Assembly (NCBI GenBank): GCA_012295275.1
Contig: CM022677.1
Coordinates: 9,176,001-9,240,000, forward strand
Length of the DNA stretch: 64,000 bases
Origin: Chrysomallon squamiferum
Taxonomy: Eukaryota > Animalia > Mollusca
Direction of reading: 5' to 3'
Part shown: in pieces, positions 11,001 through 34,414 of the stretch
How the letters are laid out: the number at the start of each line of letters is the position of its first letter
Numbering within the stretch: the stretch's first letter is position 1
Translations under genes and position numbers: made by a program
The notes under the pieces: generated by a model
What the model was told of the DNA's origin: nothing
What the model saw: only the letters and a program-made list of their open reading frames with translations
Database searches by the model: none

Positions 11001-13799
11001 AAGCCAACAGTGACTGCTGCTTGTTCCAGTCCAACTGGACAAAACACATCTGCTGCTGCTGATGTTAGCCACTGTTCAGTGAATGGAAATTCAGCAGTAG
11101 TGACAGTTAGTGCTGGAGAGTGTAATAAAAGAGATGGTAGGTCCGAGGTGGTGTGTTCTACGACTGTAAGTCATTCTGAGGCTTCAGTAAAAAGGACTGG
11201 TGTTCTGAAGCAGCTTCTTGGCAGGAAAGACAGTTTGCCAAGTTATGAAGAAGCTCTTCACCATCTTGGTAAGTGTCATGATGGCCAGGGAGTAAATGCT
11301 GGGAACAAATCTGAGAAACAGGCAGACTTATCTTCAAGACTGGTGACAATTTTATCCAGTTCCAACACTAATGGAGTTCAAGACATCAAAACCAGTTGCA
11401 TATCAAACCAGCCTTCATTTTCATTAGCACAGAAATTGTACAAAAATCACCAGACAGATGTAGAAACTGCAACTCTGCCAGTGCCAGTAATAACAACCAC
11501 AACACCAACAACACCATCAACAAAGCAGTTTGCGCCTCCTAGTCCATACACCTCAAATGTTCCCCCAGCCAGCCCTCATAATGTTGCCATGGTAACAAGG
11601 ACCCTGTCCATGCCACCTTCCAGTCCAGGTTCACATCATTCTGCAGCTATAGCAGCCAGCCCACATGGTCCACACTCTGCCCCACCACCAGCAAGCCCAT
11701 ATGGGCCTCCATCAGTTCCTCCTGCTAGTCCTCACGGTCCTCGCTCTGTGCCTCCGCCAGCTAGTCCTCATGGACCAAGATCAGCACCTGCAGTAACTAG
11801 TCCCAGAGACTCTCATTCTGTTCCTCCTGCGAGCCCTAACAGCACAATTCTGTCTCCCAAAGTATATCCTATAGGATTGCCGACAGCTAGTCCTCAAGCA
11901 TCACGACCAGGCTCAAGACAGAGTCAGGTTTTTGTCTCTGGTCAAATGTCTGCAGCAAGTCCATGTGGATCTCAGCCAGCTGCATCTCCCGGCTCACAAA
12001 GTCTAGTCATACAGCCAGCAAGTCCCTATGAAGCAACACCATCAGCTATTTTAACATATGGCTTGAAGCAACCATCAAATAAAGAAACAAAGCAGCCTGT
12101 CCTCAAAGCAGGTCTTGAAATGGGTTCAGTGCCTGATTCCTCCAAATCAGCAGCTGCAACTGGTGACTCAATAATGACCAAAGAATTTCCATTTTCTTTC
12201 CATCTTGCATTACTCAGTGAGAAAGCACTGACTGAACCAGCAGAGCTGAAACCAGACCAACAAGAGGCCTCTTTGAATAGAAAAACATCTCTGGTTAAAT
12301 CTGAACTGTGTGATGCTCCATCCTGCGTGTCTGTTCCCATGGACGAATCTTCAAACTTGATCATGTCACACACAAAACTTTCTGATGTTTCATTTGTTTT
12401 CTCAACAAATGAAACGAGCATGGAGTTGTCTTCAGTAAAACAGAGTTATGCTTCCTTATCAGACACGACGACCAAGCAGTCGCTGAAGACTAATGTTCCT
12501 GCTTCACAGTCTCCGAGGACTTCATATGCAGACAAATCAAATCCTGTAGGTTCTGCTCCACTGCTGGCAGGCTTACTGAACTCCAACTCAGATGAAGAGA
12601 GTGACAAGCTGAGGATAGTTCAGTCTAGGAGTAGTACTAGTTATTCTAAACGAGAAGTTCCATCAGCTTTGTTAAATGCTCTGGGAAACAGTCACCACAA
12701 GTCAGCTCAGGATTTAAGGAGCAACAAAACAAAAACCAGTGAAAATTTTAATTCTTCTTCAGATCCTCATGACAGCAGCAGACACAACAAGACAACACCA
12801 CTGAACATCCAGATACCAGACCCACGTCAACAGAAGTTGTTGAAGGGTCTTCCTGTCAACGTTCCAAGTGAAAACAAATCCTCGTTCATTGCTTTTAACT
12901 TACCGAACGTCAACTATATGGGCCGAGCACCAAACATCGACCTGGCCACCATTTTACCACAGAAACCTGTTGAGAGGAAGCAGACGGCAAATCCAGGAAA
13001 CATAGACTTCAGCAGCATCTTCCCTTCCAATTCTGTACCAAAGACTTCACAGATTTTGAACAGTGCAGCGAAAACAAAGCTAGCTTCTAACTCTTACATT
13101 GGATCTCACTCGGAGGTCAACCCTCCCAATGTTAACTTAGAGGCACTGCTAAACGATCATGACAGGCCTGATGGAATTTCCCATTCCGACTTACGTCATC
13201 TTCTAGCTGGTCAGAACAGTTCAAAGTTGAAAAGGAACAGAAATCAAAACAGTGTATTACAGTCTCATCATCATCATCTTCTGTCATCATCATCATCATC
13301 ATCATCATCATCTTGTGTTAGAAATGATTCCCGTCCGTCTGCTTCGGCTAACATGATTTTCACTTCTGCTCCTTTACACCAGAACTCGACTCCTACAAAC
13401 ACCACCACAACAACAACAACATCCACCACCACTGAAACACATAAACAGTTTTACAACAAACCGGACTCATCTAGAAGACTGCCCAGTCATCCTCCCTGTT
13501 CTGGAGCGTCCATTAACTCTGAGAATCCGTTGCTAAGCAATTTGTTAAGTAAACAACCAACGAATACTCAGTCTTACACTCAGCTGCAGTCTGCCGAGCA
13601 GAACACTGATCTGGGACCAGAAAATGGCACTGAGTTTGTTTCGCCAAACTTTGACGAGCTGGGTTGCACCCTGGATGTACTGAAGATGCTGGACAGTCAG
13701 TACTTCGACTTGGACTCCGACAGTGTTCAGTCATCCGTGACTGCAGCACAGATTCCCGACTCCTCTCATTCAGTGCTCGTGACGGATGATTCGAGTTGA
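1571..13799 (+). CDS. RFX7: RFX5/RFX7-subfamily winged-helix transcription factor (RFX7-like), 8 coding exons, about 2500 aa if the internal frameshift is repaired or spliced out
   Basis: Phase-consistent exons: 1571-1821, 2796-2829, 3363-3451, 3773-3901, 4815-4931, 5330-5414, 6465-6669, 7019-13799. The spliced peptide contains the RFX5/7 N-terminal helix (EVNSLSDVEKLLLYLKLPTG) and the RFX DNA-binding domain (QAHAFTWIRSHLEE...PKHEVFDDY...[36 protein letters not shown]). It also has a PxLPxL motif (PSLPEL) and the RFX5/7 segment LVCEWAQKLLGRSF...ELAEFLV. Intron 5 is U12-type, and there is one frameshift at about 7740-7752. Confidence 0.9.
3898..4330 (+). repeat. Degenerate ~32-bp minisatellite starting at the exon-4 donor
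   Basis: Unit is approximately ACAGGTATGCTGTACATTTCTTGATATATTAT. The first unit contains the real CAG|GTATGC donor. Confidence 0.6.
4932..5329 (+). other. U12-type (minor spliceosome) intron with AT-AA termini
   Basis: 5' end is ATATCCTTT, the U12 consensus. A branch-site-like TTACTTTGAC lies at 5311-5320, about 10 nt from the 3' end (...TGTAATTAA). Joining 4931 to 5330 restores the conserved [12 protein letters not shown], and no GT donor exists at this position. Confidence 0.85.
4942..5250 (+). repeat. (CA)n-rich compound microsatellite filling most of the U12 intron
   Basis: Visible CA/CACATA runs. Confidence 0.9.
5445..5800 (+). repeat. ~32-bp minisatellite, same family as 3898-4330
   Basis: Near-perfect units ACAGGTATACTGTACATGTCTTGATATATTAT at about 5580-5720. 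Confidence 0.7.
6712..6793 (+). repeat. Intronic diverged copy of RFX coding segment 8392-8473
   Basis: 82 bp with 7 mismatches and no indels, offset 1680 bp. Confidence 0.9.
7749..13799 (+). CDS. RFX7: Distal part of the giant terminal exon of the RFX7-like gene (S/T/P/Q-rich low-complexity C-terminal region)
   Basis: Uninterrupted 2016-codon ORF with polyQ/H (about 10070-10215), PASP repeats (about 11535-12030) and an acidic-hydrophobic end (FDELGCTLDVLKMLDSQYFDLD). Stop TGA at 13797-13799. Confidence 0.85.
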   Translation: MKTSEVQNSVRTEKIHIVRKPSVKPFSSSITCPALSQGGNLMQADGKRKAVHTSMLNVSLSESSKLESSKNSNENTNQVPASCGTLPSAFCSAFVPVTNSRKETNSDSSPQRTSTSAEESDGEGNQMQVDSSDQCRDNNDDDKKSVTAGDGPVLASPQTTKRARCRFAPIRPKVSPIKTISSILKEAKGVENQGPAYDSRPVSAILKERRAKEAQDLLAQIASNVQAGRTSTPPKQIHTEIINLPITPSKGLSSIPADLIKLPVAANSGTNTSDVFLIVNTPNSGSVPNQPVSRVSNAQTVISSSSLSSSYQQLAPTSLVSVHVGSQKNTNSLSCSQAECVDRSTTVNHEDLETSHSLSGSVIFTSASLSQTKQKDMSLCLSSSSSTTTSVILTSALSHSIQKDLPSTIESFANVVNSQHPATVFITSSPMQQGPSESQTNLSASSSISSTSTSSAASAVCHSETEMGSSSPLHNSSLTFTKNVYDSNMRERCSPRHELIRNEHLKKFRVVFSSCSDLSSVRDNTDITGRKRKSSAQETENHSSKKLNSSEVRLEDDDVFVLPLASSKETTDQRIHSCYSDFNNSLADMKNFQLSTQGRVTQSVADHRDMNTSVTNVSSLLRQAKKQTSGDVGEQRKDLNRQSVKISGGKLSLESLENDALLDSSPSLVDQDLVTSLGSKSAQTASVGVNAKSLNATQKQLMHQKMKLDQQFNHFLNKAKSSDASSDMKQIDKAKAKQLLRILQQTQLQRQARCLPSASSQPVNLLSLLQAGNMKQLQQHHSQEQQHHHQEQQEHHHHEEEQQQQKKHQQQQQPQQQQKQQQLSNKTERVDKDQNQNSLDLQSRLFVDNSQQDLFFLDQPKKDAAQSHDAQRESILNSELPSEVADFITEHSQFQPKMSDISSSEFHMFHLEPEPFTIPEAPSVRSRQHSEVKNRYVPMQRSLSMPMFAPTLVQPSAPAPTSVKSSELSARFPAQNQKQNSLERLNSETSLSDGGYGSFEASPLTNLTPCSSVSTEDDFITSYTLRSDIGFSNTQSHVPQQSVNSISVSSSDQSSLGSFISPSAFMPIQGGVVNGSKTHRVTLIKPTVTAACSSPTGQNTSAAADVSHCSVNGNSAVVTVSAGECNKRDGRSEVVCSTTVSHSEASVKRTGVLKQLLGRKDSLPSYEEALHHLGKCHDGQGVNAGNKSEKQADLSSRLVTILSSSNTNGVQDIKTSCISNQPSFSLAQKLYKNHQTDVETATLPVPVITTTTPTTPSTKQFAPPSPYTSNVPPASPHNVAMVTRTLSMPPSSPGSHHSAAIAASPHGPHSAPPPASPYGPPSVPPASPHGPRSVPPPASPHGPRSAPAVTSPRDSHSVPPASPNSTILSPKVYPIGLPTASPQASRPGSRQSQVFVSGQMSAASPCGSQPAASPGSQSLVIQPASPYEATPSAILTYGLKQPSNKETKQPVLKAGLEMGSVPDSSKSAAATGDSIMTKEFPFSFHLALLSEKALTEPAELKPDQQEASLNRKTSLVKSELCDAPSCVSVPMDESSNLIMSHTKLSDVSFVFSTNETSMELSSVKQSYASLSDTTTKQSLKTNVPASQSPRTSYADKSNPVGSAPLLAGLLNSNSDEESDKLRIVQSRSSTSYSKREVPSALLNALGNSHHKSAQDLRSNKTKTSENFNSSSDPHDSSRHNKTTPLNIQIPDPRQQKLLKGLPVNVPSENKSSFIAFNLPNVNYMGRAPNIDLATILPQKPVERKQTANPGNIDFSSIFPSNSVPKTSQILNSAAKTKLASNSYIGSHSEVNPPNVNLEALLNDHDRPDGISHSDLRHLLAGQNSSKLKRNRNQNSVLQSHHHHLLSSSSSSSSSSCVRNDSRPSASANMIFTSAPLHQNSTPTNTTTTTTTSTTTETHKQFYNKPDSSRRLPSHPPCSGASINSENPLLSNLLSKQPTNTQSYTQLQSAEQNTDLGPENGTEFVSPNFDELGCTLDVLKMLDSQYFDLDSDSVQSSVTAAQIPDSSHSVLVTDDSS
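11583..11596. promoter_or_regulatory. Consensus RFX X-box (GTTGCCATGGTAAC) inside the RFX CDS
   Basis: Near-palindromic 14-mer matching the canonical RFX binding consensus. Function is unverified. Confidence 0.4.
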
Positions 13800-14030
13800 T
13801 TTGGTTTATTTAATTACTGCCATTTGGAAACAGGAAATATTTGTTAAAGGTTGTTTTCTTCTTCCATCTTTTTTTTCTAGTGTGAATTTGTAAATTATTT
13901 GAATAAGCTGTGGATAGACCATTGTGTGCATTATTATTATTTTTATTTTCTTGTGTGGGTTTTTAAACTGTTTGAAAAAGTTATGGATAGTGTAGTATTC
14001 TTCATTTTTATTGCAGTTTTTGTATTTATC

Positions 14031-14064
<34 letters not shown>

Positions 14065-16840
14065 TTTTTTTTTTTAATTGGAAAATTATTTTAATAAGCT
14101 GTGGTCAATATTATAATTACTGTTATTACCGTTATTGTTATTATTATTATTTATTATTATTATTATTATCATTATTATTATTATTTTGGTGAAATTGTAA
14201 ATTTTAAGCTAACAATAGAGTATTATAGATATTTTAAATCTATTTCTTATTTTAAAATTTATTTATGCTTTTTAAAATCAATTAAAAGTGATTTTTATTA
14301 ACTTGACAATCTCATGTCAGTTCATTAAGATGAGTCTAGTGTCTGAATATATTTCATAAGCTTAATAAATTTATTATTTTTCTAGGTTTAGGATATTTAA
14401 AAAAAAAATTTTTTTTTAGGTCTTTAGTATGGACAAGCAGTTTTGGAATTTTTTTTTTTTTACAAATATGAAGTAACATGATCAAAAAAGAAAATATGTC
14501 CTGTGCAGCCTCATAAAACTTCTTTTTTTTATATACTTTGTTAGTATTAAATGGTAACTCTTTAAGCAAATTAGTTTTTAATTATCATGTGAACTTGTTT
14601 TTTTCTTTTTTTGCTTTGCTATTAAAATAAAATATTTGTTTTTGACAATCAACAAAGTTTTTTTTTAAACAAATTTAACATGTTTTTTATAAAGTAAGTT
14701 TGCTAGGGTAAATTCAGTTCCTTATGACAATCTTCTACAAACTACTGCAGTATCATTAAAAAATATATATATTTATATTGTTAAAAACAGCTGTTAAAAC
14801 TAAAAATGTTCATAGATTGATAAATAAAGTTAATTGTTAGTACTAATCTACAGACTTTCAAAGAATAGTAATAATAAAAAATATTGTTATTACTAATTAC
14901 AGAAACAGATTTTATCAGCATTAGAAAAAAGTATTATTGTGAAATATTTTAAACTAGATTTAAAATCTGACTAGTAATAATAATTAAAAAATGTATTTAA
15001 TTCTTGAAAAGTAATTTTAAAATTGAAAGAAATATCACTGTATTGCTAAGATTAAAAATAACATGTTAGGAAAATATTCTTAAAAATGGGATTATTTTTA
15101 TTTTCTGTAAATCTGTACTATTTTAAGAATACTTTGTTGATCTAGATTTATCACAAAAGCTTTCTTTCACAATTCACCCCCCATCATTTACACAAAACCT
15201 TTCTTCTTAAACCCTGAAATTTGGATTTTTTAAATTTATTTATTTATTATTTTTTGTTCTGACATATTGCTGGCCTCCTAAAAGAAGAAGGTTCAAAAAA
15301 GCTTTAAAAAAAATCGTACAAATGTAAATTTATTTGGAATGAAAATGGAGTGTGAGAGAGATGGTTTGAAGCTGAAGAAATAGCATAATAACATGAAGCA
15401 TAACAAAAATACCATTTGTTTTGAAGAATAAAATATTTATTCAGTTTTTAACCTGTGAACTTTTTTTTAATTATTAGCAGAATTATTATAAGTAGCTAGA
15501 TATTGTCTCTGTCAGGTTTAGACTTTTTTTTTTGGTTCCTAAAATAATTTAGAATTCTAAATTGAAATATTAATAATCTGGTTAAGCAATATAAATTAAA
15601 AAAATAATATAAAGTTTATTATAAGAAATGTTTCTCTGGGAAAGTATTTATTATTATTTTTTTGTACTTTTTTTTTGTTTTGTTTTTAATATTATTAAAA
15701 AAATATAAACAGTTATAAATTGAGCAATCTGGTTCTTAAAGAATTTTATCATCATGCTTTGGTACAAATGATATAATTTTAATTTAAAAATTCTTATGTT
15801 ATCAAGAAGTAAAAGATAATAAAATTATTACTTGCTATTTTTTTTTTTTTTTTTTTTATTTGAAATATACATTTATCAATTATTTTTTTTATTTTTTTTA
15901 TTTTTGTAAATAATATTTTGGTGACTATCATGTTAAAAAGTAATTATATCTTTAGTTTTTTAGGTATTGTTAATTGCTTTTATAATTAAACAAAAATATA
16001 TTTCTTCTATGTAAATAATATTATAATTGAAAATATACAAGGAAATATAGAAATCTACAGAAATACTTTGAAAAATTAATGTTGAAAATGGTTTTCTCAG
16101 TAAATACCAGTTGTATTATTATTTTCTAATTTTTATCTTTAAAAATGAAAATACGTCTTTAGCCTTTTCTGATTTTACTATATTTTTATTGTTAAGTTAT
16201 TTATTTACAGGATTTTTTTTTCTTTTTATTTTATCTCTAAAGAAATTTTAAATGAATTTAACAGACATTTCAGCAGCAAGATTTAAAAGTGATTTCAGCG
16301 AAAGACATTTCAAAGTGACAGTGTAATAGTGATTTTTTGTTTTTTTTACTGTGAGAGTGATTTGGATTTTTAGTAGTGATTTCTGTGACAGTCATTTCAT
16401 CAATTCAGCTTGGAATAGTGATTTCTGTGAACCATTTGGATAGTGATTGCTAGTAAAGTCACTGAACTGTGAATAGAGATTTCTAGAAAGTCATGTGACC
16501 TGTTTACCCATAATAGTATCTGTGATATACCTTGTTTTATATAGTGTGTGTGCGTGCGTGTGTGTGTGCGTGAGTGTCTGTGTGTGTATGTGGATATGAG
16601 AAACCACTTTTAATTTTCTTTTTTTATATTAGTGTTTGGAGTGGCTTTTATTTCTTATAAATATGCATTTCTAATCTCTTTTTTTTTTTTTTTTTTAATT
16701 TTTACAACCATGCATTATATTGTGGTGACATCAGATTCCTTCATAGGCATATTCAGTGTGCCAAAACTATTATATAATAAAACTATTAATGCAAACATTA
16801 CTTATTTTTCTTTTATTATTATAAAACTTTAATTAATTTA

Positions 16841-16889
<49 letters not shown>

Positions 16890-17537
16890 GACACCCCCTT
16901 TGTTCAAATTAATTTTTAAAAAAGAAGAAAAAGTAAAAAAAATGTAAATGAATTTTTATATAATTTATAAGTAGGATATTATCATTTTCTGAATTTATTA
17001 TTATTCTTTTAATTAATGTACATTCAATCTCACTACATTTAATATATATATATATATATTTCAGTTTAGAGCGACAATGATAATGTCTTCCATACAACTA
17101 GTTAAAATAAAATGTTTTCTAAATATGTAAAACTTTTAAATACTCTTTTGACAACATCTTAGTTTTTCTGCTTGTAAATATCATTAAAACAGCAATAAAT
17201 AAAAATAATAAAAAAAATAAAAATAAAAAAATAAAGCAGTAAAACAATAAACCTCTTCCCCCACATCCCCACTATTCATAATTTGCATCACAGCATTCGT
17301 TCAGCTGCGTCCGTCCACAAGCTGTGTGAAGATTTTAACTAAGTTTTCCCTGAGTTGAAAGACATTTCATAATAAATCTCAGTGATTAGATCTCAGAATC
17401 TTTTTTTTTCATTTTTTTTATATATATGTTTATCTACAATGGTATGAATAAATGGTCTAAAAAAATTATATTTTCAGTTACTACTTTATTAATTTACTTA
17501 ATTACTGTTTTATTAATTAATAAAAATAAAGTAGTCT

Positions 17538-17583
<46 letters not shown>

Positions 17584-19244
17584 GCATTTCATGTCTAGAG
17601 GTGTGACATTATATATGTGACCATCATGTTGAATTAAGTCTTATGTCTCAGTGCCAAGTTTTTAACCTTTGAAACAAAAATATACAAAATTCTTATCTTG
17701 TTAAAATGGGTTTTTTATATAATAAAATAAAGATTCCTTGATCCAGAGATAAAACATATCAATGCTAAGGTGTGTTATAGAGTACCTTTGTGAACAAGGA
17801 AACGAGGAACTTTTCATTTATTTTATCATCTCTGCCTGATCTGTCTGGAACTAAACATGACACAGGGTGAACAGATAAACTGAGACTTAAGACTACTTAT
17901 GATGTGATGGGTCACAAATATGGCAGTATTGTTTTCTTATGCTGTAAATAAAATAAAATAAAATGTAAATAAATAAGAAAATTAAAAAACTTTAAAAAAA
18001 GAAAAAAGAACATAAATATAAAAATTCAACAATAAGTAAAATAAAAATAATATGAAATGTAAATTAAATTGAATATAATAATAATATAGTAATAATAAAA
18101 AATATAAACAATACTAAGATGTAAGTACAGCAAATATATTTAGACTTTTTTTATATCACCATTGATTTCTACTTTTAATTAAAAGTTTAAGAAATTCTCA
18201 TATAATTATTATTTTAACTTGATTTTAAAAAATCACTTATTTTAATATAAAACATTAGTTGTTGGTCCTGTGTTGGAACGTCATTACCAAAGTTATCTCA
18301 TTTAAGTAAACATTAAAAAATATATTGATATTTTTGTTTATTCATTAATCATTAAACTCTTCTCTTCATTAAACTAGATTTCAAAAAGAATTTAGTTTAA
18401 TTAAAAATGATTTTTTTGACATCAGTTTGGGTATTTAATTTAACTGGTTCGAGTACTACAAATATTAATTGTTAAAAAAACAGTTTGGATTTATTTTTAT
18501 CATTTAAAAAATTGTCAGAAGGCAATAACCATTTAAATTAGTTTATTAAAAATATTGTTTGTCATCATTTAGCTATTATTTAGTTTAAAAATAAAAAAAA
18601 TTAAATTTAGCTGTCTCACTGAAGACTGGGTATGAATAAGATGTTAAATGATTTAATTTATTTTGTTCTAAAAGTTAAAAGAACACCATCCCATTTATTT
18701 TTAAAAAAATGACAATGAATCCCTCATTTTAAAAAAAGGCAAAAAAATTAATAAAAAATAAAATAATAATAATAATAATACAAAATAAATAATAACAACA
18801 AACAAAGAAAAGGAAAGATTTTACAAGAAAAATATCTCACTGGTCATTTCTGTACAGAATAAGAAATCTGTGTCATCCAGGTCAACACTTATCATTGTTT
18901 CATAAAAAATATAATAAATTAAACTTTACAAGGTGCTGACTAAACAGTGGTCTCAATAGACAGTTCTGGTGTACTTAACAGGAAGAGATTAATTAAAGGT
19001 GACTGTAGAATTAACAAACTGATTCCCTTGTTTTATAACTGTAAACCACAGCTTATCTGGTTTGAAGTAATATGATTATTATTGTTATTATTCAGAGATT
19101 TTTTTTGGGGGGGTGGTTACATATTAGAAAATGAAAGCAGTTCCATATTAACACAAAAACACACAAATATATTCACAAACAAATATATACATAAAAAAAT
19201 AAAACACACACACACACACACACACACACATTCTAGTCATACAT

Positions 19245-19991
19245 ACATTTTATTTTATAACATGCTTAATGTAATTTTTTTTCTGGTGTGCTAATAGAAA
19301 TTTAGCCCTAGGTTCTGCATACATGAAAAACAACAATGCATAAATCAGTTTTAAATAACAACAACAAGAAAAAAAAAAATATATAAACCTTTAATAAACA
19401 ACATTAATTGTGATTAATAATATTTCTTTAATGCATAAACACACTGAAGAAATTTTTATAGGTGTGATTTAAAAAAAAAAAAAAAAATTATATATATATT
19501 TTTTCTTTATTTGCAGCTTTTATACATAATATTCATGTATATGTGTTTGTGGTTTGCGTGTGTGAGTGTGTGTGCATCTGTAGGTGAGTGTTGGATATAT
19601 GTGTATATGTATTTATGGATGTCTGTGTATGTGTGTGTGTTTGTGTATATAATTATATATGAATATAAAACAAATATATATACAAATACATAATAATAAT
19701 TTGATATGTAAAATGAATCTAATATCATGGAGCTATATCAGTTTTTTCTTCTGATTTTTGCTGTGAGTGTAAGCATTAAAACAGTGTCTCCTAACTCCTA
19801 TCTGACTTGACTTTTGTGTTTAACTTAAACTCTGTATTTTATTTTTAACACACACACCCACACGCACACGCACACACAACAGTGAGGTGCAAATAGACAA
19901 ATTGCACAATAGAGCTGTTTTTCATGTATGCAGAACATAGGACTAAATTTCTATTAAAAAATTACATTAAGCAAGTTATAAAATACAATGT
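19245..19991. repeat. Inverted repeat pair (arms 19245-19332 and 19916-19991), possibly MITE/foldback termini
   Basis: The left arm ACATTTTATTTTATAACATGCTTAATGTAATTTTT...TAATAGAAATTTAGCCCTAGGTTCTGCATACATGAAAAACA is the reverse complement of the right arm, apart from a few substitutions and one indel. Confidence 0.75.
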
Positions 19992-21002
19992 GCAGCTGCA
20001 AATATATATATATATATATATAGATATATTCCAGCTGCATAGATAGATAGATAGGGATAGATAGACAGAGAGAGAAATAAGTATTTGTATGTGTGTGTTG
20101 TGTATGTATGGTTATATTAATAGTATGGCAGTTATAGTGTTCTAGTTGTAGATACAGTAGTAGTAGTAGAAAATCATATTTTGACATCAAATGTAGAAAT
20201 GATTAATAAAAGAATGCAGACAGAATAGAAAAAGAAATCAACAACACAAATTAAAGTGAAAATATATTTATTTATAAAAATTAAAAAACAAAATGTTAAA
20301 GCTAGCTAAAATTGAATGTAAAATAAGTAAACAATATGTTAATGATTTATGTATATGTGTGAAAGATGTTAAAATATTTATATAATAATAATAATATTAA
20401 TAATAATAATAATAATAATATTAATAATAATTGTCATAATAATCATAGTAATGAAATAATAATTATAATCATCATATATCATCATCCTAATCAGCGTCAT
20501 CTACATTATGATACGCAGCTTTCATTGAATTATAATAATTTTGAAATTGATAGATACTTTTTATGGTTTTTGTATGACAGACAAGAAAAATAAATAACAA
20601 ATTATATATATATATATATAAATAAAATGAACAGCAAACGTGTTTTAAGGCAGAAAAAAAAATGTGAAATAGACGAAACTTAATAAATATTAAATTTTGG
20701 AACACAGAATATTTTTTACAGAGAAACCCTACTGAAATGAACTAAATATAGGCCTTAATTTAACAGAATTTTATATATATTGCATATATACACACACACA
20801 TACAGATATATAAAATAAAAAAAGAACAACTTTGTTCAGAATAACTAACTGACAAAATGAAAAGACTACAAGAATTTAACTTTGGCTAAAATTCAAAAGA
20901 ATCTGAAGAATACATACTGTCTGAATTATTAATTAGGTTGGTTACCATAACTAGGACAATTTCCGATTACAAATAAAGCAAAAGTAGATTAATGGTTACT
21001 GC

Positions 21003-21039
<37 letters not shown>

Positions 21040-21257
21040 TCTGGATTAGTTTCTATTAATTGTTTGTCAATATCATCTGTTTGTAATTTAGAATTGGACA
21101 TTTCTGAAGATATTTCCAACATGAAGGTTGTTTGTCTAGATTCTTTTTTTTCTAAACATAAGTGAGAAAATTTCCAAGGTTAGTGACATTTTGTCTAGGT
21201 ACTTGTTTCATAGGGAGAAGAGAGAGTTGAAGATATTTCAAGGTGAAGGTCGTGTGT

Positions 21258-32735
<11,478 letters not shown>

Positions 32736-32925
32736 GATTGTCTAATTTTCTGCTTCACAGATTAACTAAAAATAATAAATAAATAAATGAGTAAATATAT
32801 AAATAAAATAAAAAAAATAATTAAATAAATAAATAAATAAGTAAGTAAACAAAAAATAATAATAAAGAAATAAACAAACAAAGAATCAAACACACAAACA
32901 AATGAATAAAAAAATAATAAACAAA

Positions 32926-32959
<34 letters not shown>

Positions 32960-32982
32960 AGTAATAATAATAATATATTTTT

Positions 32983-33066
32983 TTTATCCCGTTTCTCACT
33001 GATTATGTTTTAATTAATATTATAAAATGATAGACTACATTCTGTTAGTATAAATATTAGCATGTT

Positions 33067-33127
<61 letters not shown>

Positions 33128-33322
33128 AAATAAATACAATGCAGTTTTACTAAGTATAGTCGTTTTATATAACTTTTTAAAATCAGGATAGAAAGCTAGG
33201 GATACACAGACAGAAATAGAAAGGACGAGTGAGAACGAGACAGACAGTGAGACAGAGAGAGAGAAAGAAAAAGAAAGTTTTTAAATTTTCAACAGTAGTA
33301 AACAGAACAACAGATTTGTCTG
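32983..33322 (+). repeat. Dispersed ~340-bp repeat, copy 1
   Basis: Direct copy at 42744-43095 (TTTATCCCGTTTCTCACT...(GA)n...TAAACAGAACAACAGATTTGTCTG). Confidence 0.85.
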
Positions 33323-33434
33323 TGACTGCTAGAGAATTTCACGTGTTAAGAAAATTCATGCAGCCGTTGATCTTCTGAAGAGAAATGATTGACTGATGGT
33401 GAAGCCACTGAATTTAGGGTCAAATCTGGTTACC

Positions 33435-33763
<329 letters not shown>

Positions 33764-34135
33764 ACAACTTAAGGAAGACATATATGAAAGTTGACTTAAT
33801 AATACTTATTTATTTAAAGTGCATTATTAGAAAAGTATTGTCCTATTACTTAAACTGCTAATCCCAACTCCTATCAGAGACAATGTTAAATTACGTAATT
33901 AAGCAAATATTAAAAAAATTCTTTGTTGCAATTGTAAATTTCAAACCAATGCAAAACTTACCTGACTCGATGAACGCAAGGTGAGAAATGGTGCACTTAT
34001 GAGCTGAAGTGACTTAACAAAAAGAAAGAAAAAAAAAAGGAGTAAAAATGCAACTCACCTGGCTTGGATGCAGTGAAGCGAATCAGGACAGAGAACTAAA
34101 AGATATTACACAAGGGTCGTCTCGCTTCAGTAAAC

Positions 34136-34181
34136 TCATGTGACTTGGTAAAAGGTTAAGTTCGTGTTTATGTCACGTGAC
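34136..34181 (-). promoter_or_regulatory. CLEAR element (GTCACGTGAC) plus M-box (TCATGTGA) at the putative promoter of the membrane-protein gene
   Basis: GTCACGTGAC at 34172-34181 and TCATGTGAC at 34136-34144. They lie just upstream, on the minus strand, of two strong donor-like sites (CAG|GTGAGT near 34058, CAG|GTAAGT near 33961) that could end a 5'UTR exon. Confidence 0.5.
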
Positions 34182-34206
34182 CTTTTAGTATTACTGCTAA
34201 TAATAT

Positions 34207-34297
<91 letters not shown>

Positions 34298-34414
34298 TAT
34301 GTCCCAATGCTTTTCTGTTTGTAAGTCTGTCTGTTACGTCAACTATTCTGTGAACCGCACATAAAACTATTTCTTCTGTTAAAGAAAAGCATCATTATTT
34401 AAATATACTTAACA

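Noticed and set aside
7024-13799. Treating ORFs 7024-7752 and 7749-13799 as two genes or a programmed -1 frameshift
   Set aside because: Both start at GTG with no promoter or acceptor evidence for an independent gene, and there is no X-XXY-YYZ slippery site. An indel or a cryptic intron is simpler.
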